From Eledone cirrhosa (lineage: Eukaryota): a stretch of 64,000 bases of DNA. Below the pieces are notes generated by a model that was not told the origin of the DNA, ran no database searches, and saw nothing but the letters and a program-made list of their open reading frames with translations. Positions 43,216-53,322 of the stretch are shown here, piece after piece (within the stretch, counting starts at the first letter, position 1; every line of letters starts with the position of its first letter). The DNA lies in assembly GCA_964016885.1 (NCBI GenBank), contig OZ024745.1, forward strand, positions 16,554,001 through 16,618,000, in the 5' to 3' direction. The position numbers were made by a program, and so were the translations under genes.

Positions 43216-43693
43216 AGAGACAGAGAGGGTGAGATGGAGATATAGATTCATGTAGGTGTAAACATTCCACTACACATACTTATTACGACAAACAAACAAA
43301 GAGTTACATAGAAATATCTGCATTCTCTGCCAAATGAAGCTGTTCATTTACTGGGGTTGAACTTGTGATTGAATATCTCCTTCAATTCTTGGAATGACGG
43401 CAGGGTATTTTTCAAGGAGGATATAGTTATTACCGTGAAGTGGATTCTTTGCTTCCAGCAAATCGTGAAGTAGTGTTACGTTTACATACAGATTACCATT
43501 CTTTGACTAGAATTCACTTATTGAATATCTCTGAAACTTTCACACTCAAAGCTTTTCTTTCTTAAAAATGATTTAGTTTAGTTTCAATTGAAAATGAGAT
43601 TTCGCATTGCGATGTAAGTTTTCTCTTTTTCTTCACAATTTTGCCTGCTTAAAAACACATTATATATGAGAGTATTCATTGTCTATTCAATAT

Positions 43694-43771
<78 letters not shown>

Positions 43772-43812
43772 GTATATATATATATAATCTGAGTTTTTCG
43801 AATATTAATAAT

Positions 43813-44003
43813 TGTTTCTACTTTTGGCACAAGGCCAGCAATAACCCAGTACATTACTGGTACTTTATTTTATCGACCCAGTAAGCATGAAAGGCAAAGT
43901 TAACCTCGACGGGATTTGAACTCAGACTGGCAAGGGCCGTAACTCTATGCGTCAAAGCATGGCGTCCAACCCTCAACCGATACTGCCAATCCACCGCCCT
44001 TTT
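43813..44003 (-). mobile_element. SINE with 10-bp TSD inserted in a palindrome arm
   Basis: tattaataat at 43803-43812 and 44004-44013. Confidence 0.9.
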
Positions 44004-44440
44004 TATTAATAATAACATTCGATTCTTTTGCAATTATACAAACAAGCCTCAATTTTATAGCCATGTCAGTAGAATGAACCCTTCATTCTTGCTTTTGTGT
44101 TGGCATGTGAACAGAACTACAGCACTAATGTGTCTGGGTATCACCCTTCATCAGTACAGCTCACTGTTCACCTGCCAAACTGTCAGACCTAGTGAAAATA
44201 TATGCTATTTTCAAAAATATACGGTGACTGATCGGCCTGATTTGCATATTAGCAGACTGGCTGATTAGTCAGATCTGCATATTAGCAGATCCACTGATCG
44301 GTAAGATTTGCATATCAGCAGACTGGCCAGTCAGTCTCCTGTATACGAGCGATAAATGGCCGGCTTTGCCAAATTCAAATAAAAAAGAAAATTTTCGCTC
44401 TACATGGCTGAATACAATAAATGTAATCTGAGTTTTTCAA

Positions 44441-44482
44441 TGTACTGATGAAGGGTGATACCCAGAAACATTAGTGTCTGCA
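44441..44482 (+). ncRNA. Complete type I hammerhead ribozyme
   Basis: TGTA-CTGATGA-a GGGT gat ACCC a-GAAA-CA ttag TG-TC-TGCA: canonical core, GUC triplet, predicted cleavage after 44478. Confidence 0.75.
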
Positions 44483-44642
44483 GTTCTGTTCACATGCCAA
44501 CACAAAAGCAAGAATGAAGGGTTCATTCTACTGACATGGCTATAAAATTGAGGCTTGTTTGTATAATTGCAAACAAATCGAATGTTATTATTAAAAACTC
44601 AGATTACATTTATTGTATTCAGCCATGTAGAGCGAAAATGTT

Positions 44643-44708
<66 letters not shown>

Positions 44709-45237
44709 CTGTGAATGTGTGTATATATATATATATGTGTGTGTGTCGTGTGTATGCATCTATAAAGACTCAGGCCAGTTCGATGCAGATCGAACCTGGA
44801 GCTGATCAATAGCGAGACGCGCGTTATCAATCAATAAACGTAATGAACGATTAACAAATCGTCCTTGTATTATTATATTATTATAATTACACTCTGTTTA
44901 GCTCTATACCTCGCTACAGACGTGAATCTAAACCTCGAGTGCTCACCTAGGTGAACCTACAGTAACTTCACGTTACATTCCCTAGATATATATATGTACT
45001 GACGTGACATGCAACAAAACGTGTGAGATATATTCAACACGAGCGCAAATTAATATGGAGCGTTGAAAAGCTACTCTGAACGAAACAGAAAAATAATATT
45101 TATTTTTGACAATTCAACAAAGATAATAAATTATTATTTAGACGCACGAAGTATTGTCTTTTCGTTGTGTTCTATAAATTTACATGGCCATAAATATACA
45201 TTAGGTGCAACTTCCAAATGTTATTATTATTACCCGT

Positions 45238-45425
45238 GGGGCCGTGAATTGGCAGTATCGGTAGAGGGTCAGACGCCATGCTTTGCAGCAAAGAGTTAAG
45301 GCCCATTAGGGTCTGAGTTCAAATCCCGCCGTGGTTAACTTTGCCTTTCAGCCTTACGGGGTCGATAAAATAAAGTACCAGTAATACACTGGGTATTTGC
45401 TGGCCTTGTGCCAAAAGTAGAAATA
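45238..45425 (+). mobile_element. SINE with 15-bp TSD
   Basis: attattattacccgt at 45223-45237 and 45426-45440. Confidence 0.92.
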
Positions 45426-46125
45426 ATTATTATTACCCGTAGATACATGCATACAGAAATGTCGACGTCCAAACACCGATTCGTGACAAGGATAATAGCG
45501 TGAGAATGTTTGGAAAATACCCTTACAGACAGACAAGGAGAAGAAAATAATAAAAGCTCATGTATTTTCCGTCCCTAGGGCTATTTAACCAAGTTTCTAA
45601 TGCAATTAATTTTCGCTGCCTGCTTAGGAAAACGTTGATAATGCACTCCATGACACGAAACAGGGACCGCTAAAAGTTCCAGTTTTGCCTACCGAGGGAG
45701 AAGAAGGCAAGGTCCATTACACATTTCTGGCTGGTAAAAGGGAAGAAGCTATCTTCGTACCAAAGAACTGGCCCGAATGCCAGTTTTTGCTATGATGAAT
45801 TCCACAGAGGAAACATAATGACCAGGTAGTGATGTAAAACCTGGTGAGGAATTAAGTATACCAGTAAAAGAAGCCAGAACACACAGAACCAGAACAAATA
45901 CTACAAGAGATTATGTCCATCGTGTCAAAAATTCTTGGAGTGATATCTTGTTATATAAACCACGAAAGCATAGTAGTTAGCGTTCAAGTCGGCGGTATTT
46001 GAACGCGGAGTGCAGGAACAAGTACTGTCAGTCATTTTGTTATACGCCCCGAAACGTTGGTCAATTCAGATCATAACAATTATATATGATGAATCAAGGT
46101 TGACCTGGCATTAAATGAGAGCAAT

Positions 46126-46401
46126 ACCCGCCGAGGTTAACTTTGCCTTTCATCCTTATGGGGTCGATAAAATAAAGTACCAGTAATGTACTGAGTATAT
46201 TTATATATAGGGCGGTGGATTGATAGTATTGGTAGAAGGTTGGACGCCATGCTTTGGCGCATAGAGTTACGGCCCTTGCCATTCTGAGTTCAAATCCCGC
46301 CGAGGTTAACTTTGCCTTTCATCCTTACGGGGTCGATAAAATAAAGTACCAGTAATACACTGGCATAATTGCTGGCCTTGTGCCAAAAGTAGAAACAATT
46401 A
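46126..46401 (+). mobile_element. Partial SINE followed by a full SINE
   Basis: Core-only copy at 46126-46195, full copy at 46210-46401. Confidence 0.88.
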
Positions 46402-47089
46402 TATTTTTCATCTCCGAAAATAACCTGATTTTAAAGGGTATTATTTTTCTTTGCGGATACTCATATCACAACAGTTATTTTCTATTAATTTTAATAAATA
46501 CCTTAATAAGTTGGATAACTATCTTTACAGTACTGTTTCTAATAATGTTTTCTAAATTTAGCACATTGCTAGAAATTTGAGAGGAGGTTACATTTGGGTA
46601 TAACGACCGAGTAATCGGGCGAAACAGAAAAACTGGCCTCGTGGGGATTTGATCTCTCTTTAAATACTGCAATGTATTATATGTCAAACTAACGATAGTG
46701 TCATGAAATGTGAAATAGTACGAGGGATAGGACGAAGACCATGCAATGATGGTACTAGGTGTCGGGTAGTTATAAACTGTAGACTCCAGATGTGAAATGA
46801 AGTGCTGTCATTAAGTAGTTTAATAATCAGTTTTAAACACATGATTTGCGTATGAGTTACGGGTATATACAATACATGTATTGCAGTATGAAAATAAAAG
46901 AGCAAAAGTTTGCTTCCAGCAGGACACTTCAGGATTGTGGCCCTATGTTATTTAGCCCATCTGTCACCCCATCTTTTGTTTGCCTTCTATAGGAGTACGT
47001 TTTATGAAAATAAAACTTATATAATTAAATTCGCTGATACACGAACGATGGACCACAATAGCTGCATATTTACATTGTGATAACAAGTT

Positions 47090-47337
47090 TTAGTAAGGGT
47101 TTCCATACGGTTGGCACTTAGTAAGGGTTTACATACTGTTGATACTTAAAGGTTTTTATACTGTTAAGTCTAAGTAAAGGTTTCTACACTGTTAACTCTT
47201 ATCAATGGCTTCCATACTGCTCACAATTAGTAAGGGCTGGTATGCTGTTAATTCTTAGTAAGGGTTTCCATACAGTTATGTTTTTATAAGGTTTCCCTAC
47301 AGTTAACACATAGTAAGGGGATCCATACAGTTAACTT
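47090..47337. repeat. Degenerate 28-bp tandem repeat, about 9 units
   Basis: Consensus ttagtaagggtttccatac(a/t)gttaa.(a/t)c. Confidence 0.8.
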
Positions 47338-47929
47338 TATTTTTATTAAATGAAGCTAACAAATTTCCACTTCATACTTCACATCTTTCGCTATTACACC
47401 TCATCTGATAACCATATTCTTTTACTGCTACACCATCTCTTCCTCTTGATATTAACACAAAGTTGCAATTTTTTAAATTATGTATAACCTCCCCGTCGAT
47501 CCCAGTTCGAAGATGTTGACACAGAAGTAAAAACAAAACACAATATATAACATAAGAAAGTTACTTCAGTTTGTTTTTCCTTGAATGGATATTTATTTCT
47601 AACTGTCACTTACGTAATCATGATTAATGTACAGATTTAGCAAAGTGCATTTAGTTATTTTTTATCTAATGACACTTAAAGGGATAAAATATTTTATTGC
47701 TTGTACAGATATTTGATTTATCAAAAATAAACGAAATTGAAAAATGTAAAACATATAATGTCAAGGTTTTGGTGTTGAATTGTCATTCGTTTTATTCTTC
47801 TTATATTCTTGATGTTATTTAATTAAGATCACGTTTAGCTACTCAATCTTCTGTTTGATATATTCTATATTTCAGTTGCTTCATAGAATTATTTCGGAAA
47901 TATATCTCTTCGAATGTCCTTGAAAGATG

Positions 47930-47982
<53 letters not shown>

Positions 47983-48082
47983 CATACCAAGAGATGGCAA
48001 CATTGAATTGACCTGTTTCTTTACTAAATAATTTCTTTTTCGTTTCTGACACTGCCCATTTTCCTCTATCTTTCTCATTATA

Positions 48083-48120
48083 TTTTCTGATGATAGACTA
48101 CCTCTCGAAACGTGAAGAAA
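48083..48120 (+). ncRNA. Degenerate minimal hammerhead-like motif
   Basis: tttt-CTGATGA-tAGA ctacc TCTc-GAAA-CG-TG-aagaa; position 17 is G, so probably inactive. Confidence 0.4.
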
Positions 48121-48427
48121 CTTTTACTACTATATCAAGCATAAAACTACGATTTGTAAACGAAATATCATAGAAAAATGTTATGAAATGTTTTATTTTA
48201 TAAAATAATTGTAACTAATGATATTGTAAATATATAAATAATTTAAATCATAAAAAGACAGATGTTCCAATAGACATTTAAGAAGTCACAGAAGATTCAA
48301 AATTTATACTTGTCATAGATTCATAAATTTTACAATTCTTGACAAACTACTTGTTTGATAACATAACAAGACATTGACGTTCACCTAATTGGTCGTTTGT
48401 TTACTGCATACATCTTCCCTTAACTTC

Positions 48428-48710
48428 TGGGAGAGTCGTAGGAACACCATATTGACATACGGTGTTCTAGGACACTTTTAAATCTGGCGGAGTTCATCCC
48501 TCCCCGGGTTTGTGTATAGCAGATGTTTCCACAGAAGGATTGATAGTGAGAGCGATGATGTGAGAAAGAAATATAAAGGAAGAATTAACCCCAGTACTAA
48601 ACTGAGACTTTTTAACAATCAATCTCAAACGCATGAAAGGCAAAGAGCCGAAACGAATAGTGCAAAGCATTCTATCAGACGTTGTAACCACTCTGCTAAT
48701 TTGCCGCCCT
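48428..48710 (-). mobile_element. Old long SINE/retroposon, paralog of 60560-60860
   Basis: gagtcgt.gg....atattgacatacgg.gtt.tagg.ca...ctgg.gga...catccctc...agcagat.ttt is shared with the 60.6-kb copy. Confidence 0.6.
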
Positions 48711-48883
48711 TTGTTTCATACAACATACAATTTGTGAAATATTCAAAGTTCTCTGAACCCCTTTGAGATTATATGTCCGTATGGAAATCCTAATTTACTG
48801 TTTAGTAACATTTATTTTATATTTAGAATCGAATAATATATTTTAACAAAACATATTATTTTATAAACTTATACTACCAAATA

Positions 48884-49150
48884 TTGTTTCGGTGAGAACC
48901 TAGTTCCTACAAAAATCATTTCGATGGAACGCTGTTCGATAGAAATTCTCTTCGATAAACAACTGTTTGGTAAAATATCAGTCATTGAAAAGTGGCTCGA
49001 TGTAATATCTTCCGACTAAAAGTGGTTCAGTTAGATGGTGTTCGATGAAATGTATTTCGGTAAGAAGTTCTGTACATAAAAATCCATACTTTAGAATATC
49101 TTTTGATGAAATGTAGTGTTGTGGTATACCTTTTGACGAAAATCAGTTTG
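48884..49150. repeat. Degenerate 15-bp periodic repeat
   Basis: ttcgat-like hexamer at about 48920, 48936, 48951, 48966, 48996, 49010, 49025, 49041 and 49056. Confidence 0.55.
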
Positions 49151-49819
49151 AGTAATAATCGTTGAGTAATTTAAGATATATATATATGGGGTATAATGAG
49201 AAACAGACAGAAAACAGAATTGACGATTATGAAGAGTAAGTAAAAACTTTTTAGAAAAACATCTCATAATTTAGTACGTTTTTTCTGAATAAATGTGTTT
49301 CATTTTATCTATGTCAATAACTGTGCGATATACTTGAAACGCGCTTTATTTCACAACATAGCAATATTGTACTTCCGTAGTATACATATATTTCACCTAT
49401 GTTATCAAAGTATTTATTAACTCTACAGATATTTATGGATAGCAGGTTAGTATATTTCTATGGCAATATGTTGAAATGATGTGGGATCTAGAAATTTACT
49501 TGTCACTCTCACATATTATATATCACTCTTTGCTTTAGCAATACAATTTGTGGTATAGAATACGTAAAGCCTCCAAGGACAATTTCTAAACAGGGTATAT
49601 TAAATCGATTGAAACTTTAGAAACTGACGAATGATGCATACAAACGTCAAAATATGTGCATACATACATGAATAGATATATGCACACAGCAACATACATG
49701 TGTGTGTGTGTGTATCTATCTGGATTCGGTGTCGTAATCCATGTATGTACAATATATTACAGAAAAACAGTGTGCTAGAATGGTTGGATGAGTTAAATTT
49801 AGGAGTGATGTCGAGTAAA

Positions 49820-50150
49820 ATGAATACTGTATGTGCTGGCCTCTCCACAGCCCTGCCGAACAGGATGGAGAAGGCGTTTCCCCGGAGGATGATAAGGGAG
49901 ATGCGCTGGAAGAGCCATTTAAACTCGCGAGGCTCACACCTGCCGCTGGCCAGCTCAGCGCCTATGGTGGTGAATAGGGAGGTATCCCTATGACCAAGGA
50001 CACCAGAAGTCTCCACTGCCAAGGACACGACCGCGAACCTGTCGGAGAGCGACCGGTACTTGGAGAGCTTAACCTCTTCACCCCGACGCGCAGCAGTACC
50101 TGGGTTTGTCGAGGACTGCACCTGGTTGCGGCTGCAGAAAGTGTCACTGC
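49820..50150 (-). mobile_element. CRE-like non-LTR restriction-like endonuclease C-terminal fragment
   Basis: AARRGEEVKLSKY...VSLAVETSGVLG...WLFQRISLIILRGNAFSIL. Confidence 0.7.
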
Positions 50151-50229
50151 AAAGGCAAAGTTATAAACTATTGTAAATAAACCTATTTAAAATATTAAAA
50201 AAATATATAATAATAATAATAAAAATAAT

Positions 50230-50336
50230 AATAATTGTTTCTACTTTTGGCACAAGGCCAGCAATTACCCAGTACAAGGATGAAAGGCAAAGTTAACCTC
50301 GACGGGATTTGAACTCCGTCGAGGTTAACTTTGCCT
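50230..50336 (-). mobile_element. Truncated SINE with fold-back 5' end
   Basis: aggcaaagttaacctcgacgg-gatttgaact-ccgtcgaggttaactttgcct forms a perfect 21-bp stem. Confidence 0.85.
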
Positions 50337-50360
50337 AATAATAATAATGATAATAATAAT

Positions 50361-52826
50361 AATTGTTTCTTTATTAACCACAAGGGTTTACATAAAGTAG
50401 ACATTAAGGACAGTACAGGACAATACAGGATGGTACAAATGGGCATTTCTGCGTGTAAAAAAAACAGAGGATGTAATAAAATAACAAAGAAAGATTCCCC
50501 AATAGGGAGGAGACTTCCGAGGGACATTTGTGGAGAAAGCCCATTAAAAGACCACAGTGACCCTGACCACCAGGGAAAGTGCCCTCTCCCAGTTTTCCAC
50601 CTTTAATTTACAGACACATACTCAGAGTAGGCCCATTCACTAGGGCCATACTTGCTTCTCTCACCCATCTTTCAACAAAATGCTGGGAAGAGAGCACTTC
50701 CCTCTCTACCCTGATTTTCCTTTTCAAATGAAATTTGAAAAAGTTAATCAGGGCATCACCGAAGAGGTAAGTGCTCGTCTTCAGCCCTTTCAAACGTGTC
50801 CACCATACTATCTCTTTCGCCATGGCCACCAGACAGATAAAAACTGCCTGCCTTTCCCGGCTAAAGGAAGAGGGCGGGGCAATCCTCACGATGGACTCAG
50901 CTGATAGCTGGATCCGTCCTACACGTGACATCAGGTGTTCGACATAAACCCACAAGTCAGCAATGCTCGGACACTGGACGAGTACGTGCAGGACGGTTTC
51001 GTCGCCCTGTGCGCATCTCGGACATGCCCGGCTGACGGCACCTCCATGCCTGTAGAGTTTATCCCGAACTGGCAAAGCTCCCCGGTAGCACTGCCAGGCC
51101 AGGGATTTCTGGAAGTTGTCCATAGGCCCCGGCCCGAAAGTCCTTCCGAAGAGATTGGCTAGTTGATTTTCGTCGACGCCTAGAGTTTCTCCAAGTACGT
51201 CGTCGCTCTTCCCCTCCAGTAATCCTCTATAGAACGCCAAGGTGGAGTTTCCACCGATCACATTGCCCGATCGGTCGAGGGCTGTGAGCGCCTGAAGATA
51301 TTCCAGTCTCCATCGCTCCCTCTCGGTCTTCGCTTGACCCAGGACTGCAGCTCCATCAAGGAGACGAGCTGGGGAAAAACGTGTCTAGCAAACAGCGACC
51401 ACACCTGATCACCGTCGAGGAAGAGGTGGAGATGTCGTAGCCTGAGCGCGTGTCTGCGCAGTCAGGCGTGGCTTAGGACAAGGTACGACGGTCAGGCGGT
51501 AGTAGATGACGGACGCGATGTACGCATTAGCCACCTCCGCTGGACCTTTCAGGGATAGCTTCCTCTCGGCCCATTTCTGGGTGAGAGAAGCCACCCTGCT
51601 CGTCACCTCGTCCCAGTTTTTGTCCGTCTTGAGGTCCGGACCGAACCAGATCCCTAATAATGTAACCGGCCCGTCCGTCCAGCGCCTGACGACGCGGTTG
51701 GACGTCATGGACCTGCCTCTCCAGGTGCCGAGCTGCAGGCCCATTGACTTTTACTGGTTGATCATTGCTCCTGTCACCGCTTCGTATTCTCTTAGTGTAG
51801 TGCCGATCGCCTGGATGTATTTGGCGTTCGACACCACTACGGTGACATCGTCCGCATATGCTGATACGGATCTTCCGCATCCTAGTTCGCGCGGGACCCC
51901 CCTCAACGTCTCCAGTTTGTGCAGTAATGGCTCGAGAGTCAATACGTACAAGAGGGACGAGAGGGGACATCCTTGGCGGACCGAGCGCATGATGTTGAAC
52001 GGTTCCGAAAGGTGACCGTTCACTCTCACCACAGAGCAGATGTCGCTGTGCATGGCAGCGATCCAGCCTCTGAAGACGGGCCCAAAGCCAGCCGCCCTCA
52101 GTACTGCCGCTAGGTAACGATGGTCGACCCGATCGAAGGCTTTCGATTGATCTAAATTTATCAAAGACCCACCCGTGCCAGGTTCCCTAGCTACCCTCTG
52201 TACGATGTATCGCATGAGGTGGAGGTTGTCGTGGATGGATCTGTCGGGAATGGCACGTTGTTATCGTTATTTTTGTTATTATTAATTTTTGTTTCAGTTG
52301 TGGTGGTGGTGACGTCAGTGGTGTTCGGTGAGGAAGAGTTCATTTTGGTTGAATTCATTTCGACATCACGAGTTAATTAATTTTTTCTTTTGTTTCTGTT
52401 GTCGCGGTGGTGGTGGTGGTGGTGGAGGCTTTAACACCTGCAGTCATTGGTAATGGCGGGAAATGAATGTCTGCCTGAGACAAATTTAAAATATTGCTAC
52501 TGCTTAAATTTTTAGTGTTGGCAAACGTAGTAACATTTACAATGGTGGTGTCGGTGTGAGGTGTTAGTTTGTGAGGAAGGCTCTCAGCTGCTTGGTGCAG
52601 AGGTGAATTAGCCATTTTCTTTTCAAAGAAATTTTTTGATAATCATAAAAGTTTAAATTTTGGGCACAAGGCCCCAATCTTTTTGGGTGTCCTTTTCGGA
52701 AAACAATGTATGTGCGCTTATATACAGTTAACAATAAAATTTTCCATAAATAACAATTTTTAACAAACGGAAATAACAAACCTTTGCGGAGCTCACGATG
52801 ATACGATTTACTACTTAGGTCGCCAG
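50361..52826 (-). mobile_element. Tx1/L1-clade LINE copy A, probably internally deleted
   Basis: RT motifs LDQSKAFDRVDH, VRQGCPLS and AYADD; C-terminal CPRC..ETVLHVLVQC; AATAAA at the 3' end. 52259-52826 looks like a 5'UTR plus ORF1 start; (AAT)n on both flanks. Confidence 0.85.
50608..52258 (-). pseudogene. Disrupted ORF2 (RT plus zinc-binding C-terminus) of LINE copy A
   Basis: ORF pieces 51751..52215, 51409..51744 and 50608..51261; in-frame stop at 51751-51753; deletion near 51457 relative to copy B. Confidence 0.9.
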
Positions 52827-52845
52827 TAATAATAATAATAATAAT

Positions 52846-53094
52846 TCAAAGTGGTCGCGATTGTCATAGGTGCACTAGGTACTATCTCAAAGAGTTTCCA
52901 AGGATGGCTAAAGAAAATTGGTCCCGCCCCGCTTTTTGGAACACTTCAAAAGCATGCTTGCTGGGAACAGCAAGAATTCTCCGATACGTCCTGAATATCT
53001 GAGACTGCAGGTAGTGGCTCGATATTCGTTTCAACAAACTTTCCAGTTAAATAACATCAATGCCTGAGACTCAAAGAGCAATAATAATAATAAT
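52846..53094 (+). mobile_element. Dong/R4-like non-LTR 3' fragment
   Basis: KVVAIVIGALGTISKSFQGWLKKIG...ACLLGTARILRYVLNI*, then a 3'UTR; embedded in (AAT)n. Confidence 0.75.
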
Positions 53095-53322
53095 CATGCT
53101 TTCTTTATTAACCACAAGGGTTGACACAAAGTAGACATTAAGGACAACACAGGGCAATACAAATGGGGATTTCTACGTGTAAAAAAAAACAAAAACAGAT
53201 TGACAAAATTCCCAATAGGGGGGATACCTCTGAGGGTTGCTCGTGGAGAAAGCCCACAAGAAAGGCCACGGTTACTCTGACCGATAGGGTAAATGCCCTA
53301 TTCCAGTTTTCCTGCTACAATA

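Larger units (their letters stand above)
43786..44640. mobile_element. Complex palindromic PLE-like element with hammerhead
   Basis: Arms at about 44005-44158 and 44441-44595; a second inverted pair at 44389-44437 / 44593-44639; bounded by (TA)n. Confidence 0.8.

Noticed and set aside
47090-47337. CRISPR-like array
   Set aside because: Units are contiguous and degenerate with no unique spacers; eukaryotic context and no cas genes.
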